Positions 17,796-28,085 are shown, numbered from the stretch's first letter. The stretch: 64,000 nucleotides of DNA from an uncultured Paraglaciecola sp. (GCF_913020055.1 NZ_CAJWCF010000006.1:8273-72272); one strand, 5' to 3'. Notes: a model not told the origin generated them from the letters alone. Made by a program: numbers and translations.

Positions 17796-17824
17796 ATGCA
17801 AATAAGAATCAATGCTATTTGCAT
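17796..17824. promoter_or_regulatory. Putative Fur box upstream of the cassette
   Basis: Perfect 9-bp inverted repeat ATGCAAATA-N11-TATTTGCAT. The central 19-mer AATAAGAATCAATGCTATT matches AATGAnAATnATTnTCATT at 12 of 16 defined positions. Confidence 0.6.
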
Positions 17825-18907
17825 TATTGTTTGGTGAGTGATGATAAAGTGTTTTAATGTAAATAATCAGAATTTTATTGATTGACTCATGACTGCTGTA
17901 GTCGATAAGTTAGTCTGTATGAAAGTCAAACAGATGGTCGTGGCCATTTTGATCATAATTTGTAAGTCATCCGAACGTTAATATTCTCAATCAAATAAAA
18001 GTCATAGTCTGTAAGGTTTTCTGCAATAAAATACTGTGCGTAAATTAGTTGTTAAAGCGCCAGTAACAAAAATCGAAGTCTGATGCTCCTCATTTCTTTA
18101 CTCATAAATATTTACTCGTTTTCTAAAAGCTTTTGAATATCTAATTTGCCTATCACTTTTATTTATTTTTTCCGTGCACTTATAAAAAACAGAAGTTTCT
18201 AACATATAAAAATTACATCCATGTAACCCATATTTAAAGTTCAGCAAATAGTACATTCGCTAATCCATTTACCAAACGATTGATTTAATTTTTTAGTTGT
18301 TCTTTAAAATTCCTTACTGAATTAATATTTATCACTGTATTTTTCTCATAAGTGGAATGATTTTTCCATTCGCCGCGCGCATGGCTTCGCAGGAGCGTGT
18401 ATCTGAATACAATCAAGTGCTCATGATGACAACCTTCAAAACGTTCTCACAAAAACCTATTTTTAAAAGATCCGCGCTTGAGGTAAGATTCAAATTTTGA
18501 GCGCGCATACTTTCACACCGTCTCTTTTGTGGTATCCATTACAAGAGGCATATCACTCCCGACACTGCTATTTTTCAGTACAGGTGTGTTTTTTGTTGTC
18601 GCTATGCTGAAACTTTATAGCGCAAAGATACGGGCAATAACGGTCTGAATCTGGAGTGTTCACTTGCCTAATGAGTGGTATATCCGTTTGCAAGCTATCA
18701 GTAATTTTGCACTTTTAACCACGATTCAGTGCTATTTGTGGATGATTAGCTTTATGATCATACTGGTACACTTGTCTTTGTTAAGTATTGACTGCAAGAT
18801 TGTTAGTAACAGAAACCATCAATGCGACACTTACCAAGTAAGGTTACATTGATTGTCCTTTCTGTTTTGTTAATATCTAATGACTATAAAAAACGACAGG
18901 GAAAATA

Positions 18908-20734
18908 ATGCGAATAATAAAACAAACCCTACTATCGGTAGCCGTTTTGGCTTCTTGCGTTGCTTGCGCGCCCGCAAACAAGCCTGAAACTGCTATCAGC
19001 GCCGTGACCTTAACGGCTGCAGATGCAAATGAATTTTTAGAGCAATATGCCAGTGAAATGGAAAAGATAGCAACACCTGCAGCCCATGCTTCATGGGCTT
19101 ATGCAACCCACATCAATTTCGATACTGGAAAAGTCAACGCATATTTTAACGAGCAAACATCGGTATTGAGCGCTCAGTATGCCGTTGCAGCAGCCACATT
19201 TAATGATGTAGAAGTAGACGCGGATACTAGACGCCAACTAGAACTCCTAAAAGCCTCACTCGAAATAGCACCACCTGCAGATCCTGCAAAAGCCGAACGA
19301 CTGGCTGCCATTGGTTCCCAAATGACCAGCATTTATGGAGCGGGTGAGTATTGTAGAGAAGATGGGACTTGTTTGTCTTTAGTGCAAATGAGCGCTGAAA
19401 TGGCAACAAGTCGTGATCCTGAATTACTGCAAGAATATTGGCAAGGGTGGCGCGAAATTTCAAAGCCCATGAAAGACGTTTATGCGGAGCAAGTGCTGAT
19501 TGCGAATGAAGGTGCTAAAGAGCTAGGTTTTGCAAATACTTCTGAATTATGGCGCGCTAAATATGACATGCCCGCCGCTGAATTCCCAAAAGAATTGGAC
19601 CGACTTTGGGGCCAGGTAAAACCTTTTTATGCAGCCTTGCAATGCCATGTACGAGCTGAGTTATCTGAGCATTATGGTGAAGAGACTGTGCCGTTAGACC
19701 AGCCTATACCGGCACATCTTTTAGGAAATATGTGGGCACAAAGCTGGGGTAATATTTACGACATTGTGAAACCAGAACAAGAAATGAATGTCCCTGATGT
19801 GACAAAAGCAATGGCTGACCAAGGCTATGATGAAATTAGAATGGTCAAAGAAGCGGAAGCGTTTTTCTCATCCTTAGGTTTTACATCATTGCCCGAAACG
19901 TTCTGGGAACGTTCAATGTTTCAAAAGCCACCCGGCCGCGATGTGCAATGTCACGCATCTGCCTGGAACATAGACAGTAAAGAAGATTTGCGTATTAAGA
20001 TGTGTATTCAAATTACCGGTGAAGAATTTAACGTTATTCACCACGAGTTAGGTCATAATTATTATCAACGGGCATATAAAGACCTCCCCATTCTTTATCG
20101 TGGCTCTGCCAATAGCGGTTTCCACGAAGCGATTGGTGACACTATTGCTTTGTCGATGACTCCTACGTATTTAAAAGGACTCGGATTAATCGATGACATT
20201 CCTGACGCGTCAAACGACATAGGTATGTTATTAAAAGTAGCGCTGGATAAAATTGCGTTTATTCCTTTTGGCTTAATGGTTGATCAATGGCGCTGGCAGG
20301 TTTTAGCAGGGGACATCACGCCAGATAAATACAACGAATTGTGGTGGGAACTGCGTGAAACCTATCAGGGTGTAGCTGCACCTGTGAGCAGAGATGCTGA
20401 TGCTTTTGATCCCGGTGCTAAATATCATGTACCGGCCAACGTGTCTTACACACGCTATTTTTTAGCACATATCCTACAATTCCAATTTCATAAAGCATTG
20501 TGCGATATTGCTGGCAGTGAAGAGCCATTGCATCGCTGTTCAATTGTGGGCAGTAAAGAGGCCGGAACAGCCTTAAATGACATGCTTGAAATGGGTAAGA
20601 GTCAGCCTTGGCAAGAGGCTATGCAAACAATGACGGGTGGCCGAGATATGGATGCATCCACTATTGAGGCGTATTTTGCCCCTCTGAAAGTGTGGTTAGA
20701 TGAGCAAAACGCTGACCGTCAGTGTGGGTGGTAA
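18908..20734 (+). CDS. M2 family metallopeptidase (peptidyl-dipeptidase A, ACE-like), predicted lipoprotein
   Basis: Lipobox CVAC; HLLGNMWAQSW; zinc motif HHELGH; ANSGFHEAIGD; FDPGAKYHVP; YTRYF. Confidence 0.93.
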   Translation: MRIIKQTLLSVAVLASCVACAPANKPETAISAVTLTAADANEFLEQYASEMEKIATPAAHASWAYATHINFDTGKVNAYFNEQTSVLSAQYAVAAATFNDVEVDADTRRQLELLKASLEIAPPADPAKAERLAAIGSQMTSIYGAGEYCREDGTCLSLVQMSAEMATSRDPELLQEYWQGWREISKPMKDVYAEQVLIANEGAKELGFANTSELWRAKYDMPAAEFPKELDRLWGQVKPFYAALQCHVRAELSEHYGEETVPLDQPIPAHLLGNMWAQSWGNIYDIVKPEQEMNVPDVTKAMADQGYDEIRMVKEAEAFFSSLGFTSLPETFWERSMFQKPPGRDVQCHASAWNIDSKEDLRIKMCIQITGEEFNVIHHELGHNYYQRAYKDLPILYRGSANSGFHEAIGDTIALSMTPTYLKGLGLIDDIPDASNDIGMLLKVALDKIAFIPFGLMVDQWRWQVLAGDITPDKYNELWWELRETYQGVAAPVSRDADAFDPGAKYHVPANVSYTRYFLAHILQFQFHKALCDIAGSEEPLHRCSIVGSKEAGTALNDMLEMGKSQPWQEAMQTMTGGRDMDASTIEAYFAPLKVWLDEQNADRQCGW

Positions 20735-20793
20735 GCTGTTCATAGCCAGATACAAAAATTAAATTGCTGATTATTTGCAGCTAACCATACTCA

Positions 20794-20875
20794 TTAATGC
20801 TACCTCATCTCGATGAGATAGCATTAAACCTCACCTTGAGGATATAAATAGTTCTCAGCAGCACTGTTTATATCC
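20794..20875. repeat. Two adjacent hairpins downstream of the M2 peptidase
   Basis: TTAATGCTA-C-CTCAT-CTCG-ATGAG-A-TAGCATTAA (20794-20827) and GGATATAAATAGT-N10-ACTGTTTATATCC (20840-20875). Confidence 0.6.
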
Positions 20876-21174
20876 ACCTCATCATATTTCTAAGAAAATA
20901 TAAATATCCCCCTATCTTAAGTAATATTAATAAGTTCATAGCTTTATGATAGTTTAATTGCCCCACTTACCGATGATCGGTGCGTGGTGTTTGATTAATC
21001 ACGTGACCGGTTTTACGTCAGTAACATGTAGATGACCCGAACATCATTTTTGCAATGTTTAAAGGGTTTATTTACCGACACTGTTCATTTTAGTATCGTT
21101 CGGGTAACGTTTTCAATAAGCTAATGCCACGGTATTCGCTTGTAAAAACCTAGTTTTAGTTCAATCAATTATAC

Positions 21175-21747
21175 TTAGCTGGGGTTCATCGCTATAAACT
21201 TCAGTGCCACGCCGTTATTGCACCAGCGTTGACCGGTGGGTTTAGGACCATCATTGAACACATGGCCCTGATGTCCACCACAGCGGATACAATGATACTC
21301 GGTGCGTGGCCAAATCATTTTATAATCTTTTTTGGTCGCTAAATGCCCAGGGATATGGGTAGTAAAACTGGGCCATCCTGTGCCGCTTTCAAACTTCATC
21401 GCTGACGTAAATAACGGCAAATCACAACCTTCACAGGCATATATGCCCTTACCATGCTGTTCATTTAAGATGGAAGAGCCAGGGCGCTCCGTTTGTTCTT
21501 CTCGAAGCACTCTAAAAGCAGCCGAACTAAGTCGCTGTTGCCATTCTTGTTTACTCAGTTTCAGAGGTGTCAACACTAAGCTGCCACTGTAGCTTTTAGG
21601 TAGAAACTTGCGCCATTGTTGCTCTATTGCGAGTGCAGTTCTGCTTTTTTTAAATGCGGGCTCACTAAAAGCCGAAAACATGGTGCTGCCTAATCCCAGG
21701 CTTGCGGTCACTGCAATAGTTGACGTGATAAATTTTCTGCGGTTCAT
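21175..21747 (-). CDS. msrB: Peptide-methionine (R)-S-oxide reductase with Tat signal
   Basis: NRRKFI twin-arginine motif, CEGC and CIRC zinc pairs, KFESGTGWPSF, GHQGHVFNDGP, RWCNN. Confidence 0.93.
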   Translation of the reverse strand: MNRRKFITSTIAVTASLGLGSTMFSAFSEPAFKKSRTALAIEQQWRKFLPKSYSGSLVLTPLKLSKQEWQQRLSSAAFRVLREEQTERPGSSILNEQHGKGIYACEGCDLPLFTSAMKFESGTGWPSFTTHIPGHLATKKDYKMIWPRTEYHCIRCGGHQGHVFNDGPKPTGQRWCNNGVALKFIAMNPS

Positions 21748-21976
21748 AAGATGCCTCTTTTTATAAATTATGTATAACTAGACCGTCAATTACGGTATTT
21801 ATTTCTAGATAAGAGTAAAAATAAAAGAGACCGCGTCTATTTTAAGATAGTTATGCTTTGGATGTGTTTTCATCCGTGGCTTCGTTATCTATGTCATAAA
21901 CTACGCCACTCATGACCAATAAAGCATGAAGTTAATGATTACTTATAGCGCTCAACTTCGGATTCGTGAAACAGGA

Positions 21977-23194
21977 TCAAAGCATCCCAGTGGCGCTCAT
22001 GATCAAACGAATACCTAAACCTGCAGTCACCATCACTACTATTATGCCAAGCGTATTACCCAACCATTTATTGGTATATTGACCTAATTGTTTTTTATGG
22101 TTCATGACAACCAGTAAGAAGATGGCAATAACAGGCAACAACAAACCATTGGCAAATTGCGCGGCTAAAATAATGCTAATAGGTTTGATTCCAGTTAAGG
22201 CTAAGATCACACCACTAAAAATGACGCTAAGGGCAATTAACTTAAAGGTACGTGATGACGTGCCGCCCTTAACCCCTAATATTTCTGTCATGGCATAGGC
22301 TGTGGCTAAAGGTGCGGTGATTGAGCTGCTTAAGCCTGCTGCAAAGAAACCTACACCTAACATGGTTTTTGAAAATGAACCGAACAGTGGTTCTAGTTGG
22401 GTTGCCATGTCTCCCGCACCAGATATATTTAACCCGCTACCAAAAATGCTGGCAGCGGCCGTGGAGGCTATCAATATGGTAATTAACCCACCTAATCCAA
22501 TCGCGGTGGCAGTGTCTGCTCTAGCGTGATTTAAATCGTTAACAGATGACCACTTGGCTTTTACCGCTGAGGCATGCAAAAACAAATTGTAGGGTACTAC
22601 TGTTGTACCAATTAAGGCGATGACAGTTAACAGGCTGCCATCAGGGATTTTGGGGGTAGTGAGACCTTTAAAAAGTGCGCTTAAATTGGGGCCAACAGAG
22701 ATAAAGGTCGCAATAAATGCTAGCGCCATCAGCGCGACTAATATCAGTAAAATACGTTCAATTTGTTTATATGAACCACGCCACAGTAAAGTACCCGCTA
22801 ACAGCGAAATAAGAATAACTGAGATTCGGTAAAACGATTGGCTATTATCTGTTAATGCATCGATGCCTAATGCCGCACCGGATAAGTTTCCTGCCTCGTA
22901 TGCTGCATTACCTAAATACAAAGCCACCATGATCAGAGCAAATAACGGCCATTTCCAGATAGATTGATTCAGCATGATTCGTAATGTTTCGCCTAACCCT
23001 TGTTGAGTGACTAAGCCCAAACGAGCGGACATTTCTTGCAAGATAATAGTGGCGATGGTGGCAAATAGTAACGCCCAAAGCAGAGTGTATCCGTAATTTG
23101 CGCCTGCTAAAGTACAAGCCGTGACTGTTCCGGGACCAATAAATGCCGCTGCGATGAGCGCACCAGGACCGATGTTTTTTAAACGTTTTAGCAT
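21977..23194 (-). CDS. NRAMP-related transporter (YcsG-like)
   Basis: NIGPGALIAAAFIGPGTVT, QEMSARLG, GTTVVPYNLFLHA, about 11 TM segments. Lacks the canonical DPGN and TM6 Met. Confidence 0.85.
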   Translation of the reverse strand: MLKRLKNIGPGALIAAAFIGPGTVTACTLAGANYGYTLLWALLFATIATIILQEMSARLGLVTQQGLGETLRIMLNQSIWKWPLFALIMVALYLGNAAYEAGNLSGAALGIDALTDNSQSFYRISVILISLLAGTLLWRGSYKQIERILLILVALMALAFIATFISVGPNLSALFKGLTTPKIPDGSLLTVIALIGTTVVPYNLFLHASAVKAKWSSVNDLNHARADTATAIGLGGLITILIASTAAASIFGSGLNISGAGDMATQLEPLFGSFSKTMLGVGFFAAGLSSSITAPLATAYAMTEILGVKGGTSSRTFKLIALSVIFSGVILALTGIKPISIILAAQFANGLLLPVIAIFLLVVMNHKKQLGQYTNKWLGNTLGIIVVMVTAGLGIRLIMSATGML

Positions 23195-23227
23195 AGATTT
23201 TTATCTACTCTGAGATATTTGATTGGT

Positions 23228-26200
23228 TTATTCATTAGCTTTTCCAAACCCGCCTCCTGTTGGCGACTGAATAGAGATACTGTCTCCGGCTGCCACTGTC
23301 GTAAAGTCACATCCGGCCAGTGCTTGTTGTTCACCGTTGCCTTTCGTTAACCAATTACGCCCGACTCTGCCTGCTTGTCCACCTTTGAGACCGAAGGGTG
23401 GGGTGACTCGGTGTCCTGATAAAATAGAGCACTGCATGTCTTCTAAAAAGGTAATAGTACGGGTAATGCCGTCACCCGCATGCCACTTGCCTGAACCACC
23501 TGAATCACGATCAATGACAAATTCCTTGAGCATCACCGGATATCGTTGTTCTAATATTTCGGGGTCGGTCATACGCGTATTGGTCATATGCGTATGCACT
23601 GCAGCGACACCATTAAACCCATCGCCTGCGGGGCTGCCAGAACAAATAGTTTCGTAATACTGGTAGTTTTCATTGCCAAAGGTCAGGTTATTCATGGTGC
23701 CTTGGCTGGACCCCAGCGCACCTAAAGCGGCAAATAAGGCATTGGTCACCGCTTGGCTTGTTTCAACGTTTCCAGCTACTACCGCCGCCGGAAAGCGCGG
23801 GTTAAGTATCGAACCTTCGGGCACAATAATTTCCAGTGCTTGCATACAACCCGCGTTAAGTGGCACATCATCGTCAACCAAACATCTAAATACATACATC
23901 ACAGCTGCTTGGGTAATGGCTTTTGGCGCATTCAGGTTGTTGTTTTGTTGCGCACTGGTACCAGTAAAATCAATACATGCCTGTAGATTGACCTTATCAA
24001 TAGTAATTTTGACCTTAATGGTCGAACCGGATTCTAACGGATAGCTAAACTCTCCATTCTCTAATCTAGCCAGCACGTTCTGCACAGAGGTTTTTGCGCT
24101 GTCTTGGATATGTTGCATGTAGGCATACACGGTTTTAAGTCCATGCTGGTCGACTAGTTTGAGTAGCTCATTCACACCTGTTTTATTGGCCGCAGTTTGC
24201 GCCATTAAATCGGCCATGTTTTGCGCGACATTTCTTGCAGGATAATCACCTGAAGAAAATAACGTTTCGATATTAGCGGTTTGAAATTGTCCTTGTGCAA
24301 CCAGCTTCACACTGTCGAGTAGAATGCCTTCTTGATGAATGTTAGTCGCTAATGAAGACATAGACCCTGGGGCAATGCCTCCTACGTCTTCATGATGGGC
24401 GCGGCTGGCCACATAAAATAAAATGTGGGTATTAGCCGCATCAAACACAGGGGTAATCACCGTAATGTCGGGTAGATGGGAGCCGCCGTTGTATGGATTG
24501 TTTTGTACAAACACATCGCCCGGATTGATAGATTGTTGACCATTAATAATCACTTTGACGCTGGCATCCATCGAGCCTAAGTGCACGGGCACATGTGGAG
24601 CGTTAGCAATCAAGTTGCCGGTGGCATCAAAAATGGCGCAGGAAAAGTCCAAACGTTCTTTTACATTCACCGACTGAGAAGTATTACGTAACACTATGCC
24701 CATTTGCTGGGCGATGCTCATAAAGGCACTGTTAAATAGCTCTAGGGTGACAGGGTCTGCCTTGTTTAGAGCACTTTCTTCTATTGTCTGACCTGAAATT
24801 AAGGCTGTGTTTATTGGTTCAAAGTGAAGCTCCAAATGGCCATTTACATTCACTTTAGCTCGCCAGTTTTTTTCTATAATGATAGTGCCTGTTGGTTCAA
24901 CAATTATCGTGGGGCCTGATACTTCATGGCCAAATGTGAGTGATGATAAATGTATAACCTGTGCATCTAACCACTGACCTTGGCTATAAATTTGTCTAAC
25001 GCTGTGTGCTTTTATGGATAAGTCTTTGGCCAGAGGGTGTTTGGCTTCTACCACCTTTTCAGCGCCGCCATAGGATTCAACAATTAAGGTATCAATCATT
25101 ATGGGTTTGTCGGCACTAAAGCCAAACTGTTGCTCATGTTGCTGAGTAAAGTTTTTTTGCATAGCTGCAAACGAATCGAGTGGAATATTAAGGCTGGTAT
25201 CCGTATTCAGGTATTTAAGCAAAGCGCTGCTTTGATGATTTATTTGCTTGTTGTTCAAACCTTGGCTGGTTAAGTCTTCAGTATTAGTTTGTTTAAGTTG
25301 TTCAATAGCAACTTGTATTGCTGATATATCACCGCTTTGGATCAGAGGGCACGCGACTTTTTGCCGTTCTACTTTTATATCGGCTAAACCCATACCATAA
25401 GCTGACAAAATGCCCGAGTAACTGTGTAAAAATACGGTTTTAATGCCGAGTTTTTCAGCCACTAAACAAGCATGTTGCCCACCTGCGCCGCCAAAACAAT
25501 TCAGCACATAGTTAGATACATCGTAACCCCGTGCGATGGATATTTTTTTGATAGCTTGTGCCATGTGTTCAATCGCTATGGCTAGAAAACCTTCGGCTAC
25601 GTCTTCAGCACTTCGACCATCGCCAATATTATGCGCAATGTCAGCAAAAGCTTTTACGGAGCTTGTTTTATCTAAAGGTAGGTTTTGCTCTGGACCAAAT
25701 ATACTGGGGAAAAAATCAGCCTGAATTTTGCCTAAGCATAAATTAATATCGGTCACTGCTAACTCGCCATTGCGCCGATAACAAACCGGGCCTGGCACCG
25801 CGCCTGCCGATTCAGGGCCTACTCGAAAACGCCCATCTTGGTAACGTAAAATTGACCCACCACCGGCCGCTACAGTATGAATGTGCAACATAGGCACGCG
25901 CATACGTACCCCTGCTACTTCGGTTTCGTAGGCTTTTTCAAATTCGCCTGCATAGTGCGACACATCAGTTGAGGTGCCGCCCATATCAAAACCAATAATT
26001 TTATCAAAACCGGCTAGTTTAGCGGTGTGTACAGCACCGACTATGCCGCCAGCGGGACCAGACAATATGGCATCTCGGCCACGAAAAGTGTCTGCGCTAG
26101 TCAGGCCGCCAGATGACTGCATAAATAACAATTGAGCGGGTGTGTGTTGGTTTAGACCTTGGCTGATATTTTGAATATAACGCAATAATATAGGGGTGAG

Positions 26201-26863
26201 ATAAGCATCGACTAAGGTGGTTTCACCTCTGGAAATGAGCTTTTGCAAAGGACTGACTTCATGGCTAGTCGAAATTTGGCTAAAACCAATTTCCTTAGCC
26301 AACTGCATTAATTGTTTTTCGTGTTGAGTGTATTGGTAGCCATGCATTAGGACTATTGCAATGGCCGTTAGACCTTGGCTGTAAGCTGTTTCCAATGCCT
26401 TTTTACTGCGTTCAATATCTAGGGCTTGCACACCTTCACCTTTAGCTGTGACTCGCTCGTTTATCTCGATGACCTGAGTGTACAGAATATCGGGTTTTTC
26501 AATCTTTAAGGCAAACGTATCGGGGCGTGCTTGATAGCCAATTTCAAGCGCATCCTTAAAACCCTTTGTGATAGCCAATAAAACCGAGTCGCCTTTGCGT
26601 TCTAACAAGGCGTTAGTCGCGACTGTGGTGCCCATTTTTATTTTGTCTATCAGGTCATCAGGTACGGGATCGGATTGGGGGATATCCAAAATGGATTTAA
26701 TGCCGTAAACGGCTGCATCGGCATAGGCTTCTGGGTTTTCAGATAAATACTTTCTGCACAGCAGGGTGCCATCTGGATGCCTAGCAACGATATCGGTGAA
26801 AGTGCCACCGCGATCAATCCAAAATTGCCAGCTTTTATAAGGTGTATAAGAGTCTTTGTTCAT
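23228..26863 (-). CDS. ATP-dependent 5-oxoprolinase, fused hydantoinase A/B (OPLAH type)
   Basis: 1211 aa; [76 protein letters not shown]. Confidence 0.92.
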   Translation of the reverse strand: MNKDSYTPYKSWQFWIDRGGTFTDIVARHPDGTLLCRKYLSENPEAYADAAVYGIKSILDIPQSDPVPDDLIDKIKMGTTVATNALLERKGDSVLLAITKGFKDALEIGYQARPDTFALKIEKPDILYTQVIEINERVTAKGEGVQALDIERSKKALETAYSQGLTAIAIVLMHGYQYTQHEKQLMQLAKEIGFSQISTSHEVSPLQKLISRGETTLVDAYLTPILLRYIQNISQGLNQHTPAQLLFMQSSGGLTSADTFRGRDAILSGPAGGIVGAVHTAKLAGFDKIIGFDMGGTSTDVSHYAGEFEKAYETEVAGVRMRVPMLHIHTVAAGGGSILRYQDGRFRVGPESAGAVPGPVCYRRNGELAVTDINLCLGKIQADFFPSIFGPEQNLPLDKTSSVKAFADIAHNIGDGRSAEDVAEGFLAIAIEHMAQAIKKISIARGYDVSNYVLNCFGGAGGQHACLVAEKLGIKTVFLHSYSGILSAYGMGLADIKVERQKVACPLIQSGDISAIQVAIEQLKQTNTEDLTSQGLNNKQINHQSSALLKYLNTDTSLNIPLDSFAAMQKNFTQQHEQQFGFSADKPIMIDTLIVESYGGAEKVVEAKHPLAKDLSIKAHSVRQIYSQGQWLDAQVIHLSSLTFGHEVSGPTIIVEPTGTIIIEKNWRAKVNVNGHLELHFEPINTALISGQTIEESALNKADPVTLELFNSAFMSIAQQMGIVLRNTSQSVNVKERLDFSCAIFDATGNLIANAPHVPVHLGSMDASVKVIINGQQSINPGDVFVQNNPYNGGSHLPDITVITPVFDAANTHILFYVASRAHHEDVGGIAPGSMSSLATNIHQEGILLDSVKLVAQGQFQTANIETLFSSGDYPARNVAQNMADLMAQTAANKTGVNELLKLVDQHGLKTVYAYMQHIQDSAKTSVQNVLARLENGEFSYPLESGSTIKVKITIDKVNLQACIDFTGTSAQQNNNLNAPKAITQAAVMYVFRCLVDDDVPLNAGCMQALEIIVPEGSILNPRFPAAVVAGNVETSQAVTNALFAALGALGSSQGTMNNLTFGNENYQYYETICSGSPAGDGFNGVAAVHTHMTNTRMTDPEILEQRYPVMLKEFVIDRDSGGSGKWHAGDGITRTITFLEDMQCSILSGHRVTPPFGLKGGQAGRVGRNWLTKGNGEQQALAGCDFTTVAAGDSISIQSPTGGGFGKANE

Positions 26864-26962
26864 CTGAAGTGCACTTGTGTAGCTTAATTGTGATTATGCC
26901 AGACCCTATGCTTTAATCTATCAACTTATACTGATTGTTATTGTAAAAGGGGAAGGTTAGTT

Positions 26963-27256
26963 ATGATTATTATTACCGGCGATTTGCTAATAAAAGATGG
27001 CCACATGCCGCAAGCCATACAAGCGTCGCAAAAGCATGTTGCTCACTCTCGCACTGAGCCTGGCTGCATCAGTCATGCCGTGTACCAAGATCCTGAAAAT
27101 GCTTTACGTTTGTTTTTTTATGAACAATGGGCAGATCAGGCCGCCATTGACGCTCATTTTGCCTTACCTAGTTCCCAAGCGTTTGTCGCAGAAGTGCGGG
27201 CATTAGTATCAGCACCAGCAAATTTACATATTTTTAGTGCCGAACAAATTAAATAA
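26963..27256 (+). CDS. ABM-domain protein (putative quinol monooxygenase)
   Basis: 97 aa; SRTEPGCISH, FYEQWADQAAIDAHF. Confidence 0.88.
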   Translation: MIIITGDLLIKDGHMPQAIQASQKHVAHSRTEPGCISHAVYQDPENALRLFFYEQWADQAAIDAHFALPSSQAFVAEVRALVSAPANLHIFSAEQIK

Positions 27257-27264
27257 AGGTTGTT

Positions 27265-27306
27265 TAAACCTTTTGGTGATTGTTTGCGACCTAATCTAAA
27301 TAGGTC
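27265..27306 (+). promoter_or_regulatory. Possible ECF-sigma promoter with an overlapping palindrome
   Basis: TAAACC-N16-CGAC, then GACCTA-N7-TAGGTC, about 30 bp upstream of the DUF4097 gene. Confidence 0.3.
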
Positions 27307-27338
27307 ATCAGACTCTTATTTAAAAAAAGGATTAGGTC

Positions 27339-28085
27339 ATGAAAAAGTTGATTGTTGTTTGTTTAATTGTCTCTACCGCGTTTTTGAGTCAGGGGCTTTT
27401 TGCTGATGGGTGGGGCAGTGCAACGTTACACAAAGAAGTGCGCTTAGTCTTAGATGATGATGCCATCAAGCAACTGAACATCGATGTAGGTGCCGGCGAC
27501 TTAAGCGTAGTGGGTAAAAAAGGCCAAACCGAAATAACCGTAATTGCGAGTGTGTATGGCGAAGAACTAAATGATGATGATTATGCGCTTAGTCTTGAAC
27601 GAGACGGTGATAAAGCCATATTGATTGCCCATTTCAATGATAATACCTACAACAATGAAAGAATCGATGTAGAGGTTAACATGCCGTCATCTTTAGCTTT
27701 GCTGGTGGATGATAGGTCTGGGGATTTAAGCATTGAGTCAGTCGACAATGGACTGACTTTGAATGACCGCTCTGGTGATATTGAATTAAACAATATCGCA
27801 GGTTTTATCAAAATCGAAGACCGTTCAGGTGATTTAGTTGGCAAAAACTTACGCGGAGATGTGTTGATTGATGATCGTTCTGGCGAAATACAGTTAAAAG
27901 ATGTGGTTGGCGATGTAAACATTGACGACTCATCAGGCGATATTCGGGTTAAAAACGTATCAGGCATCGTCACCGTCGAAGACAGTTCTGGCGATATCAA
28001 TGTAAATGGAGCTGCAGATTTTAAATTGGAAAACGATGGTTCTGGTGATGTTAACCTGAAGAATATTAAAAGGGATTTGAAGTAG
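27339..28085 (+). CDS. DUF4097 family beta-strand repeat protein, exported
   Basis: Signal peptide; repeated (I/V)xDxSG(D/E)(I/L) units in the C-terminal half. Confidence 0.85.
   Translation: MKKLIVVCLIVSTAFLSQGLFADGWGSATLHKEVRLVLDDDAIKQLNIDVGAGDLSVVGKKGQTEITVIASVYGEELNDDDYALSLERDGDKAILIAHFNDNTYNNERIDVEVNMPSSLALLVDDRSGDLSIESVDNGLTLNDRSGDIELNNIAGFIKIEDRSGDLVGKNLRGDVLIDDRSGEIQLKDVVGDVNIDDSSGDIRVKNVSGIVTVEDSSGDINVNGAADFKLENDGSGDVNLKNIKRDLK

Noticed and set aside
17738-17824. 29-aa N-terminal extension of the DUF4856 protein (similar extensions on ORFs at 4539, 6750, 7600, 8786, 36168, 43584, 51382)
   Set aside because: Downstream starts have better RBSs and match expected family N-termini or signal peptides.
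27700-28060. Periodic GA(C/T)..(T)TC(T/A)GG(C/T)GA repeats resembling an array
   Set aside because: They encode the DxSGD beta-repeats of DUF4097; there are no spacers or cas genes.
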